This document shows, piece by piece, positions 54,036 to 63,946 of a stretch of 63,946 nt of DNA. The position numbers and the translations under genes are program-made. The notes beneath the pieces were generated by a model. The model was not told the DNA's origin, did not search any database, and worked only from the letters and a program-made list of their open reading frames with translations. Positions within the stretch are counted from its first letter, which is position 1. Every line of letters begins with the position of its first letter. Source of the stretch: Guillardia theta CCMP2712 (Eukaryota > Protista > Cryptophyta); NCBI RefSeq assembly GCF_000315625.1, contig NW_005434653.1:722045-785990 (forward strand), written 5' to 3'.

Positions 54036-55763
54036 ATGAAGCAGGTCGCTGTCGTGGCGCTTGTCGCCTGCACAGCAGCAGGTGTGTTGAGCGTCATGAG
54101 GGTTGGCATGATGCCTGACGTCATGCTCAGCCCTCTTCGTCTTCCAGTACAAGGATCAGACTACCGTCGAGCTGCTCGATCGCAAACTCACTCCCCAGGA
54201 GGCCAAGTTTGTGAAGCATGTGAGATGGCGGGCGCGGGGAGGACGTTGGCTGATAGATGTGGCAGTCCATCAGCACCCCCGATGTTGATCTTCACAGGGC
54301 CAAGCAGTTCAAGAGCGAGGAGAGCATGAACGACATGAACGCGTTCTATGATCGCATGGCGAAGACTCTCAAGGTCCTTAACCACGAAGAGAAGAAGCCG
54401 ATGCTGTAAGTCCTGCAGGCTGAAAGAAAGACCAAGAGGCGAGCTGAAGTTGGACAGGAGGGCTAAGGGCAGCACCACCGCTGTGAGGAAGGACATCAAC
54501 AGCTACTTCAACAAGATGCAAGTAGAGTCGCGCAAGCAAACCTCGGTGAGAAGATGTCCGTCGAAGCTTGTTTGAGACCCTCGCAGTCGAACTTGAAGGC
54601 CCATGAAGGAGATGACAAGAAGGCGCTCAATGAGATCCAGAGCTACTTCGACGATCTGAATGCGGTGGGAGGGAGAGGGACGGGGACTGGGGGGTGGGGG
54701 TGGGGGTGGGGGTGGGGGAGCAAATTGCGCAAGAGCGTCTGAAGTTTGCTACGAGCAGCAACAAGCGAAGCAGAACAAACTGGACGAGGCAAGGCTGAGG
54801 GCCGAAAAGACTTTCCACTCCAAGGTAGGGGGAGGAGAGAGAAAGAGGAAGAGGAAGAGGAAGAGGAAGAGGGGTTAACTTTGCTAAACCCAGCACGGCA
54901 CTGCCATTCAAGCCTTGAAGGACATCAACAGCTACTTCGACAAGGTAAGAACCTTTTCCCCCTCTCCCTCTCTCACTGATGGCTCTCGTCTCGTCCACAG
55001 CTTCAATCTCAGACTAAGAAAGAGGACTTGCGTCACAAGCAGGCTCTCGCAAAGAAGCGCTCGGATCCGTACAGGTACCTGCCGCTGGGTGGTTGCCCTC
55101 CTCCCTGACCCCTTCCGTCCTCTCCAGCTTCGTTGTGCCGTCGGCTGCCAAGAACCCGCACCATGGCGAAGCTGTTCATGTCCACAAGCATGACGAGGAG
55201 GGGATACAAGAGTCGACGGTGGCGTCAAGAAACGACATCAACTCGTACTTCGACAACTTGAACAAGCAGGAAGCGAAGAAGAATCTGCGCGACCAGCAGG
55301 AGCTCTCCAAGTACAAGCGCCAGGCGGTCCCGCGCACGCACTTGAGGTCATCGCCTGCCTTGCTGGCTTTCCCTCCTCTGACTCGCCCTCCAGCGCTGCT
55401 CGATCGCAACAGGATCTCAACAGCTACTTCGACACCTTGAGGTCCACTGTTGCTGCCAAGGACGAGGCGGACAGGAAGAGGTAAGTTCTCTCTCCAGCTG
55501 TTTCTCAGCTCACTGTGGCAACTTCAGGTTGCGCAAGGACCAGGACCCCGCAAACTTGCAGGAGGGCGTCAACTACGCGTCCAGGCAGGCAAAGGAAGCT
55601 CGCAAGGTCGCGATGCTCAAGGCTGAGGCCGCGAAGAAGCTTCAGGCGAAGAAGGTGCCATGTTGCCTGGAGGAACTTGCTGACACTGACCTGTCCTGCT
55701 CTCCCCGTGCAGGCAGCCCAGCAGAAGCCGCACAGGGCAGTAGGAGCTGTGTCAGGAGTGTGA
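54036..55763 (+). CDS. Uncharacterised signal/anchor-bearing helical protein with six D-[IL]-N-S-Y-F-D-type repeats, about 12 exons
   Basis: Phase-consistent splicing from MKQVAVVALVACTAAALFVFQ to stop 55763. Repeats DMNAFYD, DINSYFN, EIQSYFD, DINSYFD, DINSYFD and DLNSYFD. Confidence 0.75.
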
Positions 55764-55836
55764 GCGAGTTGATGCCGATAAGTCGCTTCGGGAGATTTTG
55801 ATGCGAGGGGAGCAGGTCTTGCTTCACAGCAGTCTT

Positions 55837-58018
55837 CTACAAACTTTCGCACGGCAATGAAAAAGTTTTCTCGCGGAGTTTCTTCAGAGTGTCTCCCCTG
55901 AGGAAGGGAAGGACACGCGAGCCAGGTCCCTCAACCCTCCTGCACTTGCTGTATGAATTTCTCCCTCTTTTCCTGCGCTCTCGCTTTCTTCGCCGTCGAG
56001 GACTCGGCCTAGCAGTCATCCAATCGTCAGAGTCTGACGTTACACCTCCGATCTCCTGCTCCACTCCACCTTCCTCGCTCCAACCCTTCCCTCCTCTTCT
56101 CCTCCCTTCCCTCCCTCCTCTTCCTGCTCTCCTTGGCTGCCTGCTGCCACTGCCAACCTTACGCAGCTCCACACGAAGGCCGGCCACGCGAGCGACAGCA
56201 TTTCCCAGCTCCTTGCGTGCAGCCTGAACAAAACGATGAAGGGGGAGGAGAGGGAGAGTGACGGGGAGACGGAGAGTATGAAATGGCAGAAGGTGGGGTA
56301 GGAAGGAGGAGTGAAGGGGGTGGTCAGGGTGGTTTGGGCGGCGAGTTACCTGCACCTCGTCGCTCTCTGACGAAGTCGAATGATCCGTCGACTGTCCAGG
56401 GTGAGAGGGCGAAAGTAGAGGCAGGGAGGGCAGGCAGGAAGGCAGGAAGGGAGGCAGGCAGGCAGGCAGGCAGGAAGGCAGGGTGCAAGGCAGGAAGGGA
56501 GCAAGGCAGCGAGGCAGGGAAGGAGGCGGGCGGGCAGGCAGGCAGGCAGGCAAGCAGGGAAGGAAGGAAGAAGCGAGGGAGGGAGAAGGGGAGGGATGAG
56601 TCAGGTCACCTTCAGCTTGATGACTTTCCTCTTGAGATCGTCCAGCTGCCCCTCAGCCTAAGGAGTCGTAAACCCCAGCAGGAGCGCGACAATATTTCAC
56701 CTCAGTCAGCTGAGACTTCAAGTCTTGCGACGAGGGAGTCTGGTGGGGACCAGGTGAGGAAGAGACAGTGAGTACAGAGACCTTGTCTTCCCCCCACCTT
56801 CTCCTGAGACAGGAGGCTGATGTGAGGAGGAGGCGAGTCGGAGGCTGACTTCAACGCGCTGGCTACCCTCTCTTCCCATCGCTGCGAGGCCTTTCACTGA
56901 AGGGGACCGACGACGAGAGCATTACCTCCAGTCTTCTCGTCTCCTCCTCACTCGGGGCGTCCACATTGTTGAGCGACTTCTTGAGGGCCAGGAGGTCCTC
57001 CCCCAGCGAGTCTCGTTTGGGTGTCTTGGAGCGTTTCCTGGTGGGGAAGTAGTCAGGCTCGTCAGCCCCGCCGCCTCTCCCCCACCTCTGGACTATTTCC
57101 AACTGCTCCAAGACCTCCTGCCATCGCGGAGTGTCAGGGGAAAGAGACTTGCGAGCGAGCGAGCCTTGGGAGGAGTGTCGATGACGATCTGTTGGGGAGA
57201 CGCGTAGTCGACCAGCACGGGGGCAGCTGGGGAGCTGAGCTGAGGTGAGAGGTTGACCGTTCCTAGTCGCGTGCGGCTTGCGGCCGAGAAGAGCTGAGGG
57301 GCAGGAGGAGTATAAGGAGCACTGCTGGGCTGTTCTATCCTGACCTCCTGTGCTGGAGGTCTTCGAGGGACCCCTGGGATAAAAACAACGATCAAGAGCG
57401 AGCAAGAGAAATAGCAGAAGGAAATTTCAACGGCTCTGCCCACACACTGGACAAACAAAAGGGTCAGGCGGGACTGAGGCAGGAGGAGGCTGACCCTCTC
57501 GTCAGGCTTGTTCTCTGCCATCGCATGTGGAACTCATTCTGCACCTCATCACGCATGCTTGCCAGGTCGTTTTCTGACAAGTTTCACTGAGACGCTCGTC
57601 CACCGGCAGGAATGGATCAAGTCACCCGTCGGTCTCGCATGTGGATAAGATGCCTTGTGCGGTGAAGTTTTCTTCTGCACCTCCATCGCCATCATCCTTG
57701 TCATCCTCAGCTCGTCAGCTCGGGCCAAGCAAGCGTCAGTTCTCAGCTGACCTCGGCGAGATCCTCGGGTCCAGAGCCCATCTGGGCTGAAGTTGATCTC
57801 CTTCCTCCAGCAGCCTCTGAGAGAGCAGGACGTGACGGGGCATACGACAGACTTCTGTCCTACCTTCAACCTTCCTTCCCTCCAAGCCTCGTTCAGATCA
57901 GACTGTTTCTCGCCTGCCAGGGTGTGAGCGAGCACGCTAAGATGCAGACGTGCTTACCTTTTGACCTCTGTCCAATCTTATTCAGATCCCTGCCACAGCA
58001 ACTTTGCTCGGCACCCAT
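55837..58018 (-). CDS. Hypothetical coiled-coil protein with an N-terminal myristoyl/palmitoyl motif, multi-exon
   Basis: The first exon reads MGAEQSCCGRDLNKIGQRSK followed by a GTAAGC donor. Later exons include GEKQSDLNEAWREGRLK, ADELRMTRMMAMEVQKK, EDLLALKKSLNNVD and AARKELGNAVARVAGLRVELR. Confidence 0.55.
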
Positions 58019-58484
58019 CGCGGGGGACTGAGAAGACTAGAAGGAGCGATTTTTACACCCGCAGCATCGACCTGAGCGAGAAAGAGCAGGATCACAAGGC
58101 TGATACATAACAGAAGAATCGATGAAAAGACATTCAGCAGATTGCAAGGAGGCGAAGAGGAATTGACCGACTATCTAGAGATTCAAATTTGACCACCCAA
58201 ACGCAGCCAACACAACTGCATCGACTGAAGTCGACAGTTCACATGTGTCGAAACCTGATCTCGACTCATCTCTTCCTGTACCGCTGCTCCTCTTTTTTAC
58301 CTTCACCTTCTACCACTATCTCTTCCTCTTTCCTTGTGTTTTCTCTTTCTCCTCTCTATCGCTACACACCCATCCTCTCGCTTCATCATTCTCCCTTCCA
58401 TCTCTCCCACCTTCTGTCCTTGTCTCTGTCTCTGCCTGTCCCTCTGCCACTGCCTGTCTCTCTGTCTCTCTGTCTCTCTGTCTC

Positions 58485-58516
<32 letters not shown>

Positions 58517-58612
58517 CTTGACTTTCACTTTCACATCTTTCATCTTGTCTCCTCTTCTCGTGTTCTCACCATCTTCCTCACTCCTTTCCTCTGCGCTCCT
58601 TCCCTCTTCCTT

Positions 58613-58700
<88 letters not shown>
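58613..58700. repeat. (CCTGTC)n hexamer microsatellite
   Basis: Direct reading. Confidence 0.95.
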
Positions 58701-59080
58701 ACACCTAAGTTCAGCTCCTTTCATCTCTCCTCTTCCTCCCACTTCTTTCCGCTCTAAATGTAGTCTGCATTGCCGTTCGACATGACTTTTTTAATTCCAC
58801 CCCCTACCCCCCCATATTCCCAGAAACGGGGTGATTCTCGTGGAGTCCAGCGGGTAGGTTGGGGGCCGCTCGGACGGCGCGGCCCGTCGGAGTTGAGAGG
58901 CTCAGTGACTGAATACTTTTTAACTTAACTTTGAGTAAAGAGCTTCGGAGTTCAAGTCCGACCTTGAAGCCTAAAGGGCCCGAGGCCGCCGGGCTCACAG
59001 TCACAGCCGCGGCCCGGCCCGGGCACGCCGCCGCGAGTCTACTAGTCCCGGCCTTCACTCAAGCCTGCCCGGGAGTCCAA

Positions 59081-59165
59081 CAAATAGTATAAGTTAATTT
59101 CTTTTTTTTCTTCTCCAAATACCGTACAACTATAAGTCATTTTAATTTAGCTCAAGAAACGGCCC
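59081..59165 (+). mobile_element. Degenerate fragment related to the interior of the 28625-29027 MITE
   Basis: Exact 22-mer caactataagtcattttaattt at 59127-59148 and 28741-28762, plus collinear caaat..aagtt..cttttttttc..ctccaaat and gaaacg blocks. Confidence 0.65.
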
Positions 59166-59753
59166 TAAAACTTCAACTTTCACGCGCGGCTCAACGGGGG
59201 GATGAGCGGTCGTCGGTCACAGTGAAGTCCGGACTGACTTGAAGGTCATTCCCCCTCTTTCAATTTATAACTGTAACACCCTGAACTCAATTTGTAAACT
59301 CCACTTGAAGTGTTCAAATTTTCAGAAGGAACATATTCAATCCACGCATCGGATCTCAGTTAAATTTGAATTTGTTGTAATAAAGTAACCCAACCCAGAC
59401 TTTACACTAATGTTTAGTCAAAACCATATACTATACTAATGTTTAGTCAAACCCAAAGAACTTGGGAAACCATCAATTGGAAACATTTTTTTTATGTGCT
59501 TGTACGCGCTACAAAGATTTCGTTTAAAACAACTTTTATAGTCGCAGCTGCGGTACAATCTCGTTCGGAGCAGATACCGACGACCTCTCGGCCCCTACCA
59601 TTATAGATTAACGGTCGATGATATACCGGTACTTTCCCCGGGACTTTTTACCCGTACTTTCCACTGTAAAATGACCAGATACTGAGACGTTTTAACAACC
59701 GGGGGGTTCGTTGATTTCTAGCTCCTCGTGCGGCAAGGCGTATTATCGCGTCC

Positions 59754-60593
59754 ATGTCCAGGTCAAGCTCGACGCCTCTGCTGCTCCTGTGCCTGGCTGG
59801 GCTTCAGTTCGCCCTCGCCTACGATGTCTTCGACGGCTACTACCCTGCCCTCTACAAGGTCGACTTCATCGGGAACGACATCCCCGTCAACGGCACCATC
59901 GGGAAGTTGTCGATCTCCATGTCTGACTGCGCGACCTTATGTAACGCCACCTCGGAGTGTCGGGGCTTCACCTACCAGAAGAGAGCGAGCACCGAGCTGA
60001 GCACCTGCTTCGTCAAGTCGATGATGGTGGGTGTTGGTACCGACACCAGCGCCTTCGTCAACGCCGACCCCTACTCGTACATCAGGAGGTCCGTTGCCGC
60101 CGACGTGTCCGGCTACCCGAAGCACGAAGTAGGATACGATTATCCCGGGAATGACATTCAGTCATCCATCGCAGTCAAGGATGCAGCCGCTTGTGGACAG
60201 GAATGCAACAAAGCCACAAACTGTGCGGGGTTCGTCTACTACCCCATCCCCTTCTCGGGGCAGATCTACAATCAGCAAGCAACGGTGGGGGCAGGTACAT
60301 GCGCGATCAAGACGGCGATGAAGGGGGAAGTACCAGTTTCCAGCAGATCAGAGATCCAAGCCTATCACAAGTACATGCGCGATCAAGACGGCGATGAAGG
60401 GGAAGTACCAGTTTCCAGCAGGATCAGAGATCCAAGCCTATCACAAGTCAGCGGCTCCCTCCACTCAGTCTCTCTCTCTCGCCCTCAGCTTCTTGACTAT
60501 CTTGTTCCACCTGTCGCTCAGGTCCAGCCCGTGATGCGAACAGAATGGCGGGTCAAGAATGAGCACGTCCTAGTAAGATGGATCATATCCTAA
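59754..60593 (+). CDS. PAN/Apple two-domain secreted protein, copy 1, with a frameshifted C-terminus (variant allele, pseudogene or assembly artefact)
   Basis: Signal peptide, then PAN 1 (VDFIGNDI..DCATLCNATSECRGFTY..CFVKS) and PAN 2 (YDYPGNDI..ACGQECNKATNCAGFVY..CAIKT). A 76-bp internal duplication at 60295-60446. Confidence 0.85.
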   Translation: MSRSSSTPLLLLCLAGLQFALAYDVFDGYYPALYKVDFIGNDIPVNGTIGKLSISMSDCATLCNATSECRGFTYQKRASTELSTCFVKSMMVGVGTDTSAFVNADPYSYIRRSVAADVSGYPKHEVGYDYPGNDIQSSIAVKDAAACGQECNKATNCAGFVYYPIPFSGQIYNQQATVGAGTCAIKTAMKGEVPVSSRSEIQAYHKYMRDQDGDEGEVPVSSRIRDPSLSQVSGSLHSVSLSRPQLLDYLVPPVAQVQPVMRTEWRVKNEHVLVRWIIS

Positions 60594-60899
60594 TATCAAC
60601 GAGCGTCCTAGTAAGATGGATCATATCCTAGCAAGAATGAACATCCTAGTAAGTGTTTCATCTAGAAATCAATGACCTCTCAGATTCATGACCCTCCCCG
60701 CCATGTTCTGCTGCCGCTGCAGATCACCAGCCATTCCTCCGCTTCTGATTGGAATCAGACGGGGATCTGATTTCGATACATTCCTTCTCGTTCGTCAGAC
60801 ATTCGGGGGGATCTATTATTTGATCGTCGTTTTATAGATGATCACGCCCATAACTTCCTTGTGTTTTCATCACAACAATTGCACACGCCTTGATCACAT

Positions 60900-62630
60900 T
60901 GAAGCACTGTTTGAAGGTCAAATCCAAGGAATTGCAAGAGAGTTTCTCTCTTCACCAGATCTCGTTTGGCATGTCATGGCACATATGACATTGCTGTCAT
61001 CATCATTTGCATACATGTCAAGATTCAAGTGCTCTTGATCGCACGACATGACTACTTGGGCCCGGTCCAGCTGAAGGGTCATTGCACTCCAGTGAGGCTC
61101 AGCTACACACTCATGAAGCGTGTAAGCCTTCAAGACTGTTCATCTTCCACGTTCGTCCCGGCATCATAGCTACGGTCAAGCTGGCACTCAGACAGGGGTC
61201 CGGCACCGTGACTCGCCAAGCTCAGATTGACCCTCATACCGCACTGCAAGGTATTGAGTGCTCGCCCGGCGGTGTTCCGTCATGATGACACGTCTGCAAC
61301 CTGCTCCGTCGGACGTTCACCGTGCCGTCTCACTGGCACGGTGCCATCGCCGAGTAGCCGATGGCGCTGACTTGAAACCAGCTTGAAACTCTCTCAGGCC
61401 CGCGGTACTGTATGAGCGATGTGTCAAAGTTGACAAGGTGATGGATAGAATGGCCAAGCCCAACGTTCCTCACCCTTGGTAAGGCGAGCGGGGCCGAGAA
61501 GGAGACGAAGAGCAGCAGCGTTGAGAGAGACAGGGGAGGAGAGGAGTGAGTCTAGGAGGGAGGGAGGAGCGAGGAGGAGCAGCAAAGAAAAGCATGCGGG
61601 CTGAGCAACAAGCTACAGGTGATGACAGGCATCTGAACAAATCGTAAAGGCTGAGAAAGAGGAGAAGGAGGAGGAGGAGGAGGAGGAGTACTTTGTGTAC
61701 CCACCTTTGCAATGGCGAGCCCATTACAAGCAAAGCTTCTGCAGGATGAGCACGCGGATGGTACGGGGCATGCTGTTGTGGATGTATGATACCAAAGATC
61801 AGCTTGAAAGAGCAATGGGTATTCTCCTCCTCACCTTCAATCCTCATCCTCCTCCTCCTCCTCCTCCTCCTCCTCCTCTTCCTCCTCCTTCTCTTCCTTT
61901 GCTCTGCTTCCTCGTCCGCTTCGTTATTTTCTCATGGTCCATGTAGGCTGTGGTGTTCACGACCGATGTCGGCGTCATCCGTTGCATAGCAGACATGAGG
62001 TGTCGTCCTTGACGTCTTCGTCTCTGAAAGATTCTTTAAGATCTCGCGGCGCTTGTGTGGGGCTGGTCATCCACGAGGTCAGCGACAGCCCTGCTGATGT
62101 CCACCTGACTTTGACGGCAGAACCCGCCGGAAGAGAGGCACTTCGACTTCACCATCTCCTTCAAGTATCTTCTCAACGCAGCTGAATCGACCAAGACCTC
62201 TACCCCTTGTGGAACTCCGAGGTGAAGGGTGCCAGAAAAAGGCTGGAGTTGACCTGCACCTGCAGAGCAAGTGACAAGGTCAGGCAGGACGCTTCCTTGG
62301 GTCTGATCCTCCTGCTCGTGAGTCCGCCTGACCCGTGTGCAGGTGAAGGTGAGGGCGTCAACAGCCCAGCAGGCACGATCGATTCGTTCCCGAGAGTCAG
62401 CAGGAGGGGCTCGGAGGAGGAGGCACAGAGCGAGAGGGAGCAGAACCTTGCGAGCAGACCCGACGAAAGCATGCTGTCCTGCTCCTCTAGCCCTTGGAGT
62501 CCAGCTGAGAGGAGGGAGAAGCGGGAAGGAATAAAGTCCAGCATGAACGCTGTGCTCGGAAGTAAATGGCACCAGTCAATGCTGATCCAGCACAACGCCG
62601 CTCACGGGATGAGCGGCCACGCATGATCTT
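60900..62630 (-). other. Probable multi-exon hypothetical gene between the two PAN copies
   Basis: Exon-like segments with splice signals and microsatellite-containing introns. No recognisable domain. Confidence 0.3.
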
Positions 62631-63205
62631 CGTGATGTTTGAACCTGTTATGCTGATGCCAGGTACAGTCAACGCAACCTTGCCTTACTTTGAAGTTGGT
62701 GGAAACATTCTTTTTATGTGCTTGTACGCGCTACAAAGATTCACCTCAGCAGCGAACGCGTCGGTTGACCGTGACCTGGCAGTAACTCGAGCAGGTCACG
62801 TCACCTCGCGGAGCTACTGGTAGTAAACTTCGTAAAGTCGCAGCTGCGGTACAATCTCGTTCGGAGCAGATACCGACGACCTCTCGGCCCCTCAGGGAAC
62901 AAATGGCTGACATTTCATTTTGCAAATTCTTTTGCTCTTGCTTGGATGGATGGAACTTGAGCCCAATAGTATGTAAGTCGCATATGCAATGATGCGCTCA
63001 GAGGGACGATTGGCTGACATTTACTTTGCAAAACCCTGGTGTTTCCTTGCTTACATGGATTTAATTCGCCTTCGTAGAACGTAAGTGTCATATCATATGA
63101 TGCACTCAGCGCATACTAGTTCATGACCAGGTACTGAGACGTTTTAACAACCGGGGGGTTCGTTGATTTCTAGCTCCTCGTGCGGCAAGGCGTATTATCG
63201 CGTCC

Positions 63206-63910
63206 ATGTCCAGGTCAAGCTCGACGCCTCTGCTGCTCCTGTGCCTGGCTGGGCTTCAGTTCGCCCTCGCCTACGATGTCTTCGACGGCTACTACCCTGC
63301 CCTCTACAAGGTCGACTTCATCGGGAACGACATCCCCGTCAACGGCACCATCGGGAAGTTGTCGATCTCCATGTCTGACTGCGCGACCTTATGTAACGCC
63401 ACCTCGGAGTGTCGGGGCTTCACCTACCAGAAGAGAGCGAGCACCGAGCTGAGCTCCTGCTTCGTCAAGTCGATGATGGTGGGTGTTGGTACCGACACCA
63501 GCGCCTTCGTCAACGCCGACCCCTACTCGTACATCAGGAGGTCCGTTGCCGCCGACGTGTCCGGCTACCCGAAGCACGAAGTAGGATACGATTATCCCGG
63601 GAATGACATTCAGTCATCCATCGCAGTCAAGGATGCAGCCGCTTGTGGACAGGAATGCAACAAAGCCACAAACTGTGCGGGGTTCGTCTACTACCCCATC
63701 CCCTTCTCGGGGCAGATCTACAATCAGCAAGCAACGGTGGGGGCAGGTACATGCGCGATCAAGACGGCGATGAAGGGGAAGTACCAGTTTCCAGCAGGAT
63801 CAGAGATCCAAGCCTATCACAAGTCAGCGGCTCCCTCCACTCAGTCTCTCTCTCTCGCCCTCAGCTTCTTGACTATCTTGTTCCACCTGTCGCTCAGGTC
63901 CAGCCCGTGA
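63206..63910 (+). CDS. PAN/Apple two-domain cell-surface protein, copy 2, intact with a hydrophobic GPI-like/TM tail
   Basis: Intronless 234-aa ORF: signal peptide, two PAN domains, C-terminal SAAPSTQSLSLALSFLTILFHLSL. Confidence 0.88.
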   Translation: MSRSSSTPLLLLCLAGLQFALAYDVFDGYYPALYKVDFIGNDIPVNGTIGKLSISMSDCATLCNATSECRGFTYQKRASTELSSCFVKSMMVGVGTDTSAFVNADPYSYIRRSVAADVSGYPKHEVGYDYPGNDIQSSIAVKDAAACGQECNKATNCAGFVYYPIPFSGQIYNQQATVGAGTCAIKTAMKGKYQFPAGSEIQAYHKSAAPSTQSLSLALSFLTILFHLSLRSSP

Positions 63911-63946
63911 TGCGAACAGAATGGCGGGTCAAGAATGAGCACGTCC

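Noticed and set aside
60740-60815. tctgatt/aatcaga hairpins as a tRNA or structured RNA
   Set aside because: No cloverleaf or A/B boxes, and the stems are too short to support a call.

Overview
This is a gene-dense eukaryotic nuclear window, most likely from a cryptophyte alga such as Guillardia or Hanusia. That assignment is an inference from the chlorophyll a/c-type LHC with an ASAF-like bipartite presequence, the many ~45-55 nt spliceosomal introns, and introns expanded by microsatellites. About 17 mostly intron-split genes are supportable: Vps15 kinase (5' part), a HAT/TPR repeat protein, a DUF268 methyltransferase-like protein, a Tat-targeted Cys-rich thylakoid lumen protein, a Ser/acidic tandem-repeat protein with an LRGG motif, a SAM-domain protein, MGST3/MAPEG, a TRPM-like channel, an LHC antenna protein, a giant multi-He_PIG (putative Ig) protein, a glutaredoxin, an FHA protein, a DINSYFD-repeat protein, a dually acylated coiled-coil protein, and a duplicated PAN/Apple surface-protein gene whose first copy has lost its C-terminal anchor. 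Non-coding features include a 403-bp MITE with TIRs and a CAA target duplication and several local templated duplications. The most notable non-coding pattern is a recurring layered intergenic architecture: gene, then an ACCCC/GGGGT-rich patch, then a GC-rich micro-palindrome island, then a TE remnant. No rRNA, tRNA or CRISPR array was recognised. Exon boundaries were read by eye and outer gene coordinates are approximate.
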